The notes beneath the pieces are model-generated. The model was not told the DNA's origin. It saw nothing but the letters and a program-made list of their open reading frames with translations, and did not search any database. Of a stretch of 64,000 nt of DNA, positions 34,983-47,723 are shown in pieces (positions within the stretch are counted from its first letter, which is position 1; every line of letters starts with the position of its first letter). Position numbers and translations under genes: made by a program. The DNA is from Histomonas meleagridis 2922-C6/04-290x (lineage: Eukaryota; Protista; Parabasalia), in contig JAANOX010000207.1 of the NCBI GenBank assembly GCA_020184695.1, forward strand, positions 62,001 to 126,000, in the 5' to 3' direction.

Positions 34983-36032
34983 ATGGATGATGAGCACCAG
35001 GAAAACATACTTAACGAAGCTCGAAAAGCATTATACCAACATGGATACGACAGCCTACAGCCAATTGGAAATGGTGGCTTTGCGTCAATATACAAAATCA
35101 TGAGTATACAGTGCATGGAAGAATTCGCCGTTAAAATCATCGATATCTCAGCAGAAGAAAGTCCGATTCTCCCAGATTCATTTCAAGCTGAAATACATGC
35201 TCTGACAACTATGAATCATCCAAACATAATCAAAATTTACGACTATTTCACATCAAAAAGATGCCTTTATATCGTTCTTGAGTACTGTCATCACGGTAGC
35301 TTAAGTGACTTTATTAAAGAAAAATCTATTGGTGCTCCTCGATTGTATCAATATTGTCAAGAAATTATTTTGGCAATAGAAGCTTGCCACTCATATGGAT
35401 TAGCTCACAGAGACATCAAGCCATCGAACATTCTTGTTGACAAGCATGGCAGAGTAAAGCTTGCAGATTTTGGATTATCAATTCATTTCCCAAAAATTAG
35501 ATCATCAAAATTTGTTGCCTGTTCGCTTCCATACACAGCCCCGGAAGTATTACGGCACAAAGCGACAGATCCTTTCAAAACCGACATCTGGTCATTGGGT
35601 GTAACGTTTTTTGAAATGAGTACAGGCGAATTACCATTCATTGCCAACACAGTCTCGGGTATGATACATGAAATTGATTCCACGGTCATCAAATCGATAC
35701 CAAGTGTATCATTTGAATTCAATTCCAAACTTCAAAGAATGTTATGCGTTGACCCAAAGCACAGAATTTCGATTCGAGAGTTGAGGTTATCACCAGTTTT
35801 CCAGATCAAATTGAAATCTGGAATCATGACACAAAAAAGCGTCAACAATTTGAACCCTCGAGAGCCACTACTTCCTATGACAAAAGGTTTTTTGTCCCAA
35901 ACAAGAAACCATTTTGGGCGAAAAAGAAGTGTTGCAAACATGTCAAAATTAGTTGCACATCGGACTTTTCATGAAGAAGAATCGTTCCATGGGATATCTG
36001 GTATGAGCGTTTGGGAATATGCTTACCTATAG
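34983..36032 (+). CDS. Ser/Thr protein kinase (CAMK-like)
   Basis: IGNGGFA, FAVKII, HRDIKPSN, DFG, APE and DIWSLG. Confidence 0.92.
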   Translation: MDDEHQENILNEARKALYQHGYDSLQPIGNGGFASIYKIMSIQCMEEFAVKIIDISAEESPILPDSFQAEIHALTTMNHPNIIKIYDYFTSKRCLYIVLEYCHHGSLSDFIKEKSIGAPRLYQYCQEIILAIEACHSYGLAHRDIKPSNILVDKHGRVKLADFGLSIHFPKIRSSKFVACSLPYTAPEVLRHKATDPFKTDIWSLGVTFFEMSTGELPFIANTVSGMIHEIDSTVIKSIPSVSFEFNSKLQRMLCVDPKHRISIRELRLSPVFQIKLKSGIMTQKSVNNLNPREPLLPMTKGFLSQTRNHFGRKRSVANMSKLVAHRTFHEEESFHGISGMSVWEYAYL

Positions 36033-36328
36033 CAAATCCCGAAAAAATATTTTTTTCAAAATATTTCCTATCGCTCGCGGTTTTGACAATAAATTCATGT
36101 TGTTTTAAATTTTTGTTACACGTGTGTAACCTGTTCGAGGTTCTATCAAATTTTATATAGATAAGAGATATTCGGTTGTAGTGCGGAGGATTTGAAGAAT
36201 TGCAACAAACCGAAACTGAATCATATTCAGAATCAATTTTATAACGCGAAATTTTATCACAACGTTTTATGACCTATTTAAGAAAATACGCGTATTTATC
36301 GGAGAAGATTGAATAGCCATATGGTGAA

Positions 36329-36937
36329 TTGACAGCAAATAATCTTATTATGGATAACTTAGAAGTATTACAAAAACCAGAAATGCATTCATCTAATAAG
36401 ATATATGATGCCAATTCTGTTAAATCAATTATATTTAATGAAAATAATATTGTACTTGATAATGAGTCAACACTTGAAGGAATTTCATTAATGATTCCAG
36501 CGAGTCTATTTTGGCCTCATGTCATCGAAATGATACTCCCAGAAGGAGTTACACATCCAAAATCTCAAAAAATTTATCTATCATATGATGTATTTGCTCA
36601 ATCACTATATTATAATTCAACAGAAGTTTACTTTTATTATGAAAACGGATATGTAAGAAACGCAACATTAGGATTTAACTTTACAGGAAATTGGGAAAAC
36701 GTTGAAGACTTCGAATTAAAATTATTGTTAACTAATAAAAAGGATAAGCAATTCATTGACGTTTCAGGAATCCCAAGTAACATCAAATATTCATTGGAAT
36801 ATGACGACATACTTACTTTTCTTCCAAAGGAAGAAGAAGGAGGTGGTGGAAGTGGAAGTGCTGGAATAAGGATGAGAAATATAACGTCATGCGCACTCAT
36901 AATGGTTTTGATTGCAACAATATTTGCAGTTATATGA
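36329..36937 (+). CDS. hypothetical protein with C-terminal hydrophobic anchor; 5' end uncertain
   Basis: 202-aa ORF ending CALIMVLIATIFAVI; in-frame TAG at 36314 just upstream. Confidence 0.55.
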   Translation: MTANNLIMDNLEVLQKPEMHSSNKIYDANSVKSIIFNENNIVLDNESTLEGISLMIPASLFWPHVIEMILPEGVTHPKSQKIYLSYDVFAQSLYYNSTEVYFYYENGYVRNATLGFNFTGNWENVEDFELKLLLTNKKDKQFIDVSGIPSNIKYSLEYDDILTFLPKEEEGGGGSGSAGIRMRNITSCALIMVLIATIFAVI

Positions 36938-37513
36938 TCTAAAAACTAATTTTTAGAAAATATTTATATTTTGTTGTGATTAAAAATTTAATGTTAAAAA
37001 GAAATGCAAAAAATCATTTGTTTAATTAAAATCAAATTTCAGTTTTTGGTGATTAATTGTAATGAAATTTTATTTAATTTTTTGTGATATATTTGGAGAT
37101 AATAAATGAAATTAAATCCGAAATTGTGTCTTTTAAATACGTAAAAGGATAAGAAATTTCTGATGGATATTCTGAATTGGAATTTATACTAATGTAAAAG
37201 AATTTATGAAAAAATTCCTTAAAAATATATGATATACAAGCAATATATCGTTAGTTTAATTTTCCTGATGTTGTTCAAAAATTAGGTGTTGCATTCAATT
37301 CATGACATATTGGTATTTATTTGTTTATTTTCAGGCTTAAAAAATGATTTGATAAAATGTTATTAGGCAATAAAAGTGTGTTCATAAGATTCTCCAATCT
37401 GATCATTTCATAGAAGATAATTATGCATCTACAGAAAATAAAATATATATAATAATGGAAAAACATTTAATAAATCAATTTTTTCTAAATATAAAAATAT
37501 TTTATTATCAACC

Positions 37514-38430
37514 ATTAAACAACAACATTTATATAATTTACATTGTAAAGAATATATAAAGATATATAAAAATTTATTTCAAGAATTCGAAATTAATTAT
37601 TCATTAAGTATTAATATTAATAAAGAACAACATTGGAAATTATCATCGACATTATTTTGGTTGGATATAATATATTACTAGTAATTCGATATCGAATAAA
37701 CATTTTGATTAATGTTGATAATTTGAGATTTCTGTAAAGAAAAAATGTGGTGTGTCAAAAAACGTTTTTTAACGTTAATGGTGCCTGTTAAATATTTCCT
37801 CAATGTAAGGTTTAAATATGATATGTGTATATAATACTAGATATGTAATATTTAAAAACATTATTTCAATTTGTTTGAATATATTATATATTAAGATATT
37901 TTGAATTTTTTTTTTGATTTTTAATTCAATAGTTTATGTAATTTTTGAGTGTATAATGATCGACTTATTTCAAATACATCTGTTAATATTCACAGGGAAA
38001 TATGTTTTAATTCCTTTAATTATGATTACTATAATTTCAAGTAATGATGTAATTTCGAAATTATGAATTGGCCTTTAAATTTTTGAGTTGCCAAATCCAA
38101 AATTTATAATAATGAAATGATTAAATTAGATAATTTTTTGGTGCCATTATTGAATTAAACATATAATGTTTTGTATGAATATTAGCTATCAGTCTCATAT
38201 GTCATTCGTTATGTTAGAATTAGTTAGTATTCTAAGTTGAGTGCCATTACATGTAATTCGTTTGGTGGTACGGGATCTTTATTATGTGTTTTACATGTTC
38301 AAACATAAGCATTATGAAGATTACAATCATTTATACAAATAAATTCAGATTTAACTAATTCAATAGAGACCAAAACTATTGAAGATAATAAAATAATAAT
38401 GAAAATGACATAAATATTGATGAGAGTAAA
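37514..38430 (+). pseudogene. decayed sequence partly paralogous to 6812-7170
   Basis: 37514-37700 matches 6812-6990 (visibly diverged) and 38317-38430 matches ~7050-7165. Confidence 0.7.
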
Positions 38431-38687
38431 GAATACTCCGAACAGTCAATAATTTACAGTGTTATTAAATGAATGATATTCTATAATTTTTTTTCATAAT
38501 ATTTTTCACAAAAATTATCATCAAATTATATGAAAATCATGAAATGAAATATGATATAAAATATTCTATTTATCAAATTTTGATTCATATAATAATAATA
38601 TTAATCAAGTTTCATGCGTTAATAATAATGTATTAAAACAAACTGAATTTAGGAAATGTTTATTTCAATATTGAAATATTTCCTCTT

Positions 38688-39829
38688 TTATCCTTGAGAA
38701 TCTTTGAGTTTTATTATGTCATCACATTTATGATGTTGAATTTTGTTCACAAACAACTGAATAATTTCTGCATTTTTCTTTTCTGATGCTATTATAAGCG
38801 CTGTTTTATATATTTGAAAGGAATTCCAAATGTTTATATGAAATATCATATTATTTAAAAATACTTTAAATAAAACAAAGAAATATTTTTAGCATCGATA
38901 TCAATATTCTCTTGTTCAAGAAGTAATTTAACTATTTCTGTATGTCCTTTTTTAGATGCCCAAATAAGTGCTGTATAAAATAATTTAAATAATTTCCAAA
39001 TATTATCTTGAAATAACAAATTATTAAAATAAATATTAAATAAAACAAATAAATATCTTTAGCATTAATATCAATTCCTTCTTGCTCAAGAAGTAATTTA
39101 ACTATTTCTGTATGACCTTCTGAAGATGCCCAAATAAATGCTGTAAAAAATAATTTCAATAATTTCCAAATATTATTTTGAAATCCAAAATTATTAAAAT
39201 AAATTTCAAATAAAACAAATAAATATCTTTAGCATTAATATCAATTCCTTCTTGTTCAAGAAGTAATTTAACTATTTCTGTATGACCTTCTGAAGATGCA
39301 TAAATAAGTGCTGTTCTAAATAATTTAAATAATTTCCAAATATTATTTTGAAATATAAAATTATTAAAATAAATTTTAAATAAAACAAATAAATATCTTT
39401 AGCATTAATATCAATTCCTTCTTGTTCAAGAAGTAATTTAACTATTTCTGTATGACCATAAGAAGATGCATAAATAAGTGCTGTTCCAAATATTATTTTG
39501 AAATAACAAATTATTAAAATAAATTTTAAATAAAACAAATAAATATCTTTAGCATTAATATCAATTCCTTCTTGTTCAAGAAGTAATTTAACTATTTCTG
39601 TATAACCTTTTTCGGATGATAAAATAAGTGCTGTTTTAAATAATTTAAATAATTTCCAAATATTATTTTGAAATATTAAATTATAAAAATAAATTTTAAA
39701 TAATACAAATAAATACCTTTAGCATTAATATCAATTCCTTCTTGTAAAAGAAGAACTTTTGTAACTTCAGAATGACCTTTGCGTGTTGCCCAATGAAGTG
39801 CTGTTTCATTAATTTTATATTAAAGGCAT
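38688..39829 (-). other. ankyrin array D, paralog of array B with a damaged 5' end
   Basis: TAL codons end at 39804, 39634, 39484, 39314, 39144, 38974 and 38804; stop at 38688. A 119-bp deletion after the ATG at 39829 removes the N-cap (ATG CCT TTA ATA TAA). Confidence 0.8.
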
Positions 39830-40477
39830 CAGGTTGTGAATAAATTTGACACTTTTATATTTGGCATTTTTTGTTATCTTTGTTTTCTTTTTCAATATAT
39901 GATCTCCAGAATGGTAATAGTTGATATAAAAATATTAATATTTTGATAAAGTAAATACATATATATGTGATAAAAAGTTAATTTGATCATATCTTGATAC
40001 ATCCTATTTATAATGAGATAAACATTAATTTATAACCAACATCAATTTCCTGAATCTCAAAGTCTGAAATAAAAAAGTGTGATACTATTGTTTTTTTATA
40101 TATTTATATTATGTATGATATGGAAAATTATTTATTTATCGAATTTATTAAAAAAAAATATATATGATATAGATAAAATAATATTTTAATTTTTATTTAT
40201 GGTGATATAATTTTTTTTATAACAAATCGAGTCAAATCATTCTGTTTTCAATGAAAATTATATTATTTCCTCTATATTAATTCGCAAAAATATTATTTTT
40301 TTTTATGTTACAAGAACATTTACTTTGGTGTCATCAAGTTTAGATTCAATTTATAATGAAAATCCTAATTATATCATTAAAATAAAAGCAAAAATGAATA
40401 TGAAAACAGTAAAAGATTTTTTTAATAATAAAGATGAATGGTTATATCCACCTGCAACGCACTTTAAGATAACAAAA

Positions 40478-41136
40478 AATCCATACACATTAAATTGTCG
40501 AAAATCTTTTAATAATATTCAATGTTCAGAAGAAAACATTATTTTTATTTATCTTTAAGAAATTGATTAAGATTAATGACCAATAATAGATGGAGATGCA
40601 CCTCATGGATATCCTCCAGAAAATTCTCATGAATTTGATCCAGAACCAGTCGGGCAATATAAACCAGAACCTATTGATTATCCAGAAAAACCCACACCAA
40701 AGAGCGAAAGTAAGTTTACAAAGAAAATTTTTTTGATTTTTGGGATTGTCACTGCTTTAATTATTATAGCAATTGTGATTTTAGTAATTTTTTTATGTAG
40801 AAAAGCAGAAAAAAATAAGTCAATATAACAAAATCAAATTAATGAACAAAAAAAACTATAAACCAAAATTAACACAAATTGATTTTTTGTTTAAACTCTA
40901 TAAAGATTAATATTTTACTGATATTTTTTGGCATCTAATATGGAATCCAAGCCAAAAAAAATTTGATTTTTTTCTGACTTAATCAACTACTCTTTCATAA
41001 GTAAAAATATCACCAATTTAAACGAGATCCAATTCTTCATTTAATGTGAAACGAACGTTAAAATAAAAGTTTTGACAAGTTTTGGAAAATGATTGTAACA
41101 AATAATTTAAATCCAATAACGCAACTTCTCCAAATC
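40478..41136 (+). repeat. duplicate of 6155-6810
   Basis: Near-identical sequence; includes the upstream region and start of the 41089 gene. Confidence 0.9.
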
Positions 41137-44100
41137 AGAAGTGACCCAGGCGCTGTTTTTCCAAATGAGATCCAACTTCAAGAGAAAGAAAATTTAGAAA
41201 AATTACCATCATTCACATCACAACAATTATATGATTTTCAAAGTCGAAATTCATCTGGAGCATCACTTAAAGATTGCCTTTTGAGTCTTTCTTATAAAAT
41301 GCCTTTTTCAGATTCATATATTGATGAATTAATTTCGAAGTTAAATTCTTCAACCAATTTTTCCAATGACCAAATCATATTGTTTCTATATCACTGTCTT
41401 TCTTGGATTATTAGTGATGATACTTCACAAAAATCAAAATATTTAAAAAAAATATTACAAATTATTAATTCTATTACACGAACACCATTTGTAAGAATTG
41501 GAAATGAAATTTTTCATGAAATTTTTACATATATATTTCAACAACATTTACATGAAAATAAGAAAGTATTAAATTTAATCTTTGAACAATTTACTATAAA
41601 TGATTCTCTTGATGAATCTTTTTCAGATCTTCTTCTCCAGCTTTTTGAATACTGTTTTAAGTCTAATGACAACTCTTTAATTGATATTTCTCTTTCGATT
41701 TGTTCGATTTGTTTTGAGCAAGGCAGGAAAACGATCAAAAACCATTCAATCCCAAAATTCTTAAGTTTACTCAAACCCAAAATCCAAGAATTTGATTTTA
41801 ACTCATTAATCGTCTTAATGAATGCCACCAATCGTATTCAATGCGAAGAAATCGATGAAATATTTAAAAAACTTGGATCAATTTTATTTGATAATTATAT
41901 TTCGAAATTCAAAATTTCCTTTGAAATCCCAAAAATCATCAAAAACAATGAAGAAGAAATATATTTCATTGAAGAACAAGAAGAATATCAAAGTCAATTC
42001 AAGAAAATTGAAAGCAATCAAACATTTAATGACATTTGTCCCAAAAACTTCAAAATTTTCATTAATGAAATAAATTCGATTTTCAAAATCATAACAAACG
42101 ACAATTTACTAAATGTATTTATTAATTCTCTTCTTGATTATAACATTGAAAACAATTTATATGAAATTGATTTAATTCTTTTAATTGTTTCTTTATTAAA
42201 AACTTTATCAACTAAAACAAATATCGAAAAGTTAATTATAAAAATATTTCATTCAAAATTATTTTCAAACGATTTAACAATTTTCGAATTTAATTCTATT
42301 TCACCACAACTAAACATTATCCGGAATTATATATTTGAAACAATTTCATTAATTAACAATAAATTATATACAAAAATCATTTTCGAAAATGACACAAAAA
42401 ATTTATTTTTATTTGTGGAAAATATTTTGCGTATTATTAAAATACAAAAAATCACATTTTTTTTGCATAAGAAATTCATAAATTTGTTTAGTGTTATCGT
42501 AAATGAAATCCAAAACATTAATAATGAAAATAAATCATATCAAAAAAATAACTCGAAAAATGTTTTAATTAAAATCATTTTGAACTTATTCGTAATCGAT
42601 GATAATTTAATGGTGAAAAGTTTTTCATTTGATTCGTTTAATGAAATGTTCAAAAATTTATTATTTGACACTAAAACATCGAAAATTATTATTAATACGA
42701 TAGTTAATACAATGATAAAATATAAAATTATTCCGAAAACTTTAACAAAATTTATTTGTAATGTTTTAATAAACAATAAAAATGTAATTTGTCAAGATTT
42801 AATTAATGAAATCGTTAATAAATTAAATAATAACCAAAAAATAGAAACAAATATTAATCCGATTTTGAACTCATTTTTCATATCTTTGAATTCATTCGAT
42901 AACTCCGAAATATTACAAATTACTTTAAATGTTTTAAATTGTATGAAACAAACAAAACGAAACATTAAAATTAATGAAAAATGTTTTAATTTGATTTTGG
43001 ATATTATTCAGAAAATAGAAAAAGATGATCCATCAGATCAAACTTTTAATACTTTTGTTTCTTTAGCATTAGATGAAAATCAATTTAATATAATCAAAAA
43101 TGGAATTTATTTATTAATAATTTTAATATCTTTTTCGAAATCAAAAAATCTAAACAAAGTCATTGAAAAATTGACTGATTTATGCAATGGTTCAATAACG
43201 AACATCGATAAGTGTCATATTTTTAACGTCGATTTCATCCTATTGAAATCTTTTCAAAAAGTTTTCACATATAAAAACCGTAAAATCGAGTTTTTACTCA
43301 ATGAAGAAATAATACCAAAAATATTGAACTTAATAAAAATCATTGCTATGTCAAGATCAAGTACATTAATCAGTAAAACGTTCATTGAATTAATCAAGGA
43401 CAATGAACAAATCTTAAATTTATTATATGACATATTTAAAGAAACACCAAATAATGTGTTCCAAATTTCGACACATTTACCTGTGTACAAAGTTATCCAA
43501 AATATTAGCTCCAAAACTTTGGAAAATGGTTTTGCATTTTCATTTTATAGTAAAACCAATTTAGATGAATTCGATGACACAATATACTTATACTTACACA
43601 TCATCGATGATTACAATCATCACCTAGGTATCTATCAACAGCACAAAAAACTTTATGTAAAATTTGTTGATGAAAATGACAAAAATAATAATCAAATTTA
43701 TGAAAACAATGAAATTGTCATACAGCCGAACAGATGGAACTTTTATTCCGTCATCTTACAAAACAAAATAATATATCTTAAGATCAATAATGAATACACA
43801 AATGACAAAGACTTCAATTTTAGTTTTAAAGGCGACTTAACAATACAAATCGGGAAAACGTCCAAAAACAATATAAACATTCACAACACTTCTCCAGTTA
43901 CGATGAGTAAATTTGCGTTATTTTTGCCGCCTTATGCTGATGACAAATTCGATAACATATACGCAAACAAATTCACTGATTTAACACATTTCGAAAACAT
44001 TTTATTCACAAATGGATCAGAAAACGTCAAATTTGATTATATCGCTAAGAAAACGAATTTAACGTTAACATCTTTAATGAAATATAACGTTACGATCACT

Positions 44101-47100
44101 GACTTCTATGAAATCTTTAAAGAGCACAACGAAAACATTAAAACAATTAAAAAGTTATTATATATTTTTTCTCAAATTGACTTAAGGAAACATCGATATA
44201 AAACGGAATTCATTAAGTTATCATTAATTGAAGATGATAAAATTATTCCGAATTATATTCTTGAAGACACGTTAATACCGAAAGAGATTTTTAATGAATA
44301 TAACTTAATATCGAATTATAAATTTATATTTATCTCATCAGAAATCACCAAATTGTTTGTGTATATAAAACATTTGTTACTTGAACCGGAAATATTTAAA
44401 TATGTTTTAAATATCATAAAATCAACTAAAGACATTGGAATTGTTAATGAATTATTAACAAATTTTATATTTAATATTTTCATTTGGTGTAATTATACAG
44501 AAAAAGAGAAATTCCGAAAAGTATTAAATGAATTAAATGAATTTGTACATAATTATAATATTAAATTAACTAATAATTCATTATTTACACAATTTGTAAT
44601 CCAAACACATTTATTAGTGAATCATTCGAAAAAAGATTTTAATGATTTAAATGTAATTCGATTCCAAATTCTTGAGAAAATTCCATTTGTTAAATCGGAC
44701 ATAAAAACAATTTTATCATTTTTGATTATATTATCGAAACATATTCATGAAAATGAACGAAATCAAATCGACATAATGAATTATTTAGAATTATTAACAC
44801 GAATTATAAACATTAAAATCCCATTAAATGTATTATATGAATTTACAAATATTTCATTTGATTCAACAGATAAAATTATTATGAAATTGATAAACTTCTT
44901 TAATGTAATCGACAAAAATAACTTCTCGAAAATGGTTTTCCAAATTGCATTAAAATGTAATCAATTAAAGTTCTTCGATTACTTTGATTCTAATTTGGAT
45001 ATAATTTGTATTAAAGCATTACGTTATAATACGAAAAATGATATATTAAATGTAATGTTAAATACAAACACTATAAGTTATCACTTTTGGTACATTTTAC
45101 CAATTTTAACTGCGCTAAAGTTTAATGATCAAAACTTTTTTATGTTTATTATTACGAATTTATTAACAATGGAAATTAATGATATAGAACGAAACTTTAG
45201 AAAGATTTTAAACTTTTTAGAAATTTTAAGAGTTACAAATTCTTTTAATAATTTATTAAATTTCCAAAATTTGTTAATTACAAATGTGTTAAGTTTTGTA
45301 AATGAAAATAATAATAAAATCGAAAAAAATATTATAATTAAATTAATAATTCATATATTAATCGCATTATTTTATAAATTAAAAATTAAAGGAAAACATT
45401 CAAAAGCTATAATGAAAATTTTTGACCCAAATTTAACTCCTGTTAAAGAAATTCATGAATTTAAGTTCGATTTGGAAAACATTACAAAGTTTTTCGGAGA
45501 TTATTTAAATGATTTCGAATTTTCGTTTTGGATTTCACATAAAAAAACTTTGCCAAAAAACGTTATGCAGAATTTGACTGGTTTACTTAACTTGAATATA
45601 TTTAACGGTTACTTGAATCCTGACATTATAAATTTGTTAAAATTATATTTAAATAATCACAATGACCCAAATAATTCATTAAATTTGTTTTCATATATTG
45701 ACCAGAATTATATTCCGTATTATAATGAATCAATTAAAATACTTCGAATTGAAATTATTAAATATTTCGATCCACAAATGAAGAAATTTGAAGTTGACCA
45801 TTATAAGAAAATTATTGTGGAAAGAATTAATGCGCAAATTATGAGAATGAAAAAGATTTTTGCCGAAAATAAGAAAATTAAATTTAGTAATTTCGTTAAT
45901 TTGAGTTTTCCATTTTCTGAAAAAATTTATAACTTTAAACCTGAACATAATGAAAATGAGTTTTTGTTGGTATTTTCTTGTGTTTTAATTACATATTTCG
46001 GACAATATAATTCTTTGTTTTCTTTGTTTAAAGATGAAATTCATATTTCATTAGAAAATAAAAATTTAATTCGAATTCCAATTAAATTAATTCATAAGAT
46101 TTATGTATTAAATGAAAATTTATTGGAAATTTATTATAACGGCTGCAATTCAATTTTGTTAAGCACAAAAGAAAACATTCAAAATAAATTGGCAAAATTT
46201 AATTTTCTCAATTTGGCGACCGATAGAAACGTTGAATTGAATAAAATAATTTATAAAAAAGAAAATGGAAAAATTAATAATTTCGATTTAATTTTAGCAT
46301 TAAACTTTATAAATGGAAATTCTTTCAATAATTCTTCATCTTATCCTTATTTCCCTTTATTCGATGATAATAATCAAATTATATTAAATCAAAAAACTGA
46401 TTTACAAAATTATAATTTAAACATTTCTAAGATATTTAGAGGCGAAGAAATCGAATTAACTAAAGTTTCATTACCACAAAATTATTTCAAATTTACAAAT
46501 GAAAATAAACTTCAAATATATAATTTAAGAAAACAAATAGAAGATCCTAAAAATCAAAATATGTTGAATGAATGGATCAAAATTAATTTTGGAATTCGAA
46601 TCGAAAATGCTCAAAAACAACGTAAAAATATTCAGAACTTTATATTTAACAACACACAAAATTCAATTAAAGAATGTCGGTTTTTATCAAATTCCAAAAA
46701 ATCATTTTATTGTATAAATGCTCAAAATATTATCGAATTATTTACAATTACAAAGTCTTTTAATGGTGAATATATCCTTAAAACAATTGATTCTATTACA
46801 AACTTTATGAATGGAAATCAATTTTTGATTTGTCCACTTCATAATTCTATTTTAATCATCCAGAATTATATCGGTTGTAACGTAGATATTAATGGCAAAA
46901 ACAAAATGTTCGTTTTGCCGCATTGCGTTTCTTCTCTTTGTAGTTTTAACTCTGACATTTTATACACAATTGACAACTCTGTTTTGTTTTTGAGTGACTT
47001 GAGTGAATTTCCCTATAATTCAAAGTTTATTTGGTCGGACGATGAAAAAATTGAAAATTTGATTTCGAACTCAAAAATGAATATTGTTGTGTATTCTACA

Positions 47101-47514
47101 AATAGCGGATTAATTAAAATTGTGTCTGTAGTAACACAGAAAGTTATTAATGTGATCAAAATGGAAAATGTTCGAAATATATTATTTACAAATTCTTTCG
47201 GATTCATCGTTTGTTTAACGAATAATGCATTAGTGACATTGACTATTGATGGAGTTGTGATTTCGAAAGTTGAAATTAAAGGGAAGGCTCGGAATTTGCA
47301 AACATTTACAAAAAATAATTCGGATTACATTTGCTTCGTTAATGATAACAAAGAGCTGATTTGCTGTGACGTGTTCGATTTGGAAAATACATTCATGTTG
47401 ATTAAATTGAATATGGATGTTTCGTCATATTGCATTTGGCCAAATAAAGAAAAAATACTTTTTTTGCTGAAACAAGGAAAAGTATTAACAACTGAATTAA
47501 AAATGAACGAATAA
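41089..47514 (+). CDS. large BEACH-family-like protein (helical region, ConA-like, PH, degenerate BEACH, WD40)
   Basis: 2141-aa ORF. NNFDLILALNFINGNSFNNSSSYPYFP and LNEWIKINFG correspond to BEACH SNFEYLM.LN..SGRSFND..QYPVFP and WIDLIFG; WD-like C-terminus. Confidence 0.75.
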   Translation: MIVTNNLNPITQLLQIRSDPGAVFPNEIQLQEKENLEKLPSFTSQQLYDFQSRNSSGASLKDCLLSLSYKMPFSDSYIDELISKLNSSTNFSNDQIILFLYHCLSWIISDDTSQKSKYLKKILQIINSITRTPFVRIGNEIFHEIFTYIFQQHLHENKKVLNLIFEQFTINDSLDESFSDLLLQLFEYCFKSNDNSLIDISLSICSICFEQGRKTIKNHSIPKFLSLLKPKIQEFDFNSLIVLMNATNRIQCEEIDEIFKKLGSILFDNYISKFKISFEIPKIIKNNEEEIYFIEEQEEYQSQFKKIESNQTFNDICPKNFKIFINEINSIFKIITNDNLLNVFINSLLDYNIENNLYEIDLILLIVSLLKTLSTKTNIEKLIIKIFHSKLFSNDLTIFEFNSISPQLNIIRNYIFETISLINNKLYTKIIFENDTKNLFLFVENILRIIKIQKITFFLHKKFINLFSVIVNEIQNINNENKSYQKNNSKNVLIKIILNLFVIDDNLMVKSFSFDSFNEMFKNLLFDTKTSKIIINTIVNTMIKYKIIPKTLTKFICNVLINNKNVICQDLINEIVNKLNNNQKIETNINPILNSFFISLNSFDNSEILQITLNVLNCMKQTKRNIKINEKCFNLILDIIQKIEKDDPSDQTFNTFVSLALDENQFNIIKNGIYLLIILISFSKSKNLNKVIEKLTDLCNGSITNIDKCHIFNVDFILLKSFQKVFTYKNRKIEFLLNEEIIPKILNLIKIIAMSRSSTLISKTFIELIKDNEQILNLLYDIFKETPNNVFQISTHLPVYKVIQNISSKTLENGFAFSFYSKTNLDEFDDTIYLYLHIIDDYNHHLGIYQQHKKLYVKFVDENDKNNNQIYENNEIVIQPNRWNFYSVILQNKIIYLKINNEYTNDKDFNFSFKGDLTIQIGKTSKNNINIHNTSPVTMSKFALFLPPYADDKFDNIYANKFTDLTHFENILFTNGSENVKFDYIAKKTNLTLTSLMKYNVTITDFYEIFKEHNENIKTIKKLLYIFSQIDLRKHRYKTEFIKLSLIEDDKIIPNYILEDTLIPKEIFNEYNLISNYKFIFISSEITKLFVYIKHLLLEPEIFKYVLNIIKSTKDIGIVNELLTNFIFNIFIWCNYTEKEKFRKVLNELNEFVHNYNIKLTNNSLFTQFVIQTHLLVNHSKKDFNDLNVIRFQILEKIPFVKSDIKTILSFLIILSKHIHENERNQIDIMNYLELLTRIINIKIPLNVLYEFTNISFDSTDKIIMKLINFFNVIDKNNFSKMVFQIALKCNQLKFFDYFDSNLDIICIKALRYNTKNDILNVMLNTNTISYHFWYILPILTALKFNDQNFFMFIITNLLTMEINDIERNFRKILNFLEILRVTNSFNNLLNFQNLLITNVLSFVNENNNKIEKNIIIKLIIHILIALFYKLKIKGKHSKAIMKIFDPNLTPVKEIHEFKFDLENITKFFGDYLNDFEFSFWISHKKTLPKNVMQNLTGLLNLNIFNGYLNPDIINLLKLYLNNHNDPNNSLNLFSYIDQNYIPYYNESIKILRIEIIKYFDPQMKKFEVDHYKKIIVERINAQIMRMKKIFAENKKIKFSNFVNLSFPFSEKIYNFKPEHNENEFLLVFSCVLITYFGQYNSLFSLFKDEIHISLENKNLIRIPIKLIHKIYVLNENLLEIYYNGCNSILLSTKENIQNKLAKFNFLNLATDRNVELNKIIYKKENGKINNFDLILALNFINGNSFNNSSSYPYFPLFDDNNQIILNQKTDLQNYNLNISKIFRGEEIELTKVSLPQNYFKFTNENKLQIYNLRKQIEDPKNQNMLNEWIKINFGIRIENAQKQRKNIQNFIFNNTQNSIKECRFLSNSKKSFYCINAQNIIELFTITKSFNGEYILKTIDSITNFMNGNQFLICPLHNSILIIQNYIGCNVDINGKNKMFVLPHCVSSLCSFNSDILYTIDNSVLFLSDLSEFPYNSKFIWSDDEKIENLISNSKMNIVVYSTNSGLIKIVSVVTQKVINVIKMENVRNILFTNSFGFIVCLTNNALVTLTIDGVVISKVEIKGKARNLQTFTKNNSDYICFVNDNKELICCDVFDLENTFMLIKLNMDVSSYCIWPNKEKILFLLKQGKVLTTELKMNE

Positions 47515-47723
47515 ACAAAATTTCTGTTTTTAACTTAATTACTTCTTCTCTATTTAAACTAAGCAAATGCTTAAGCAGTTAATTTTTGGAAACTAAAAAA
47601 GATAAATATCATTTTAGTGAAGTTCAAATGCTGATTTCTCAATTCAATAATTATTTCGAAACAAATTCAACAAAATTATCATTCCTCATTCATGAGTACA
47701 TAATTTTTATTTTTATTTATATT

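Noticed and set aside
38932-39538. Short ORF-track ankyrin proteins ending in hydrophobic tails (e.g. IYLFYLIFILII..QHL) as separate genes
   Set aside because: They are run-ons from one module into the insert, and mostly use non-ATG or insert-internal starts.
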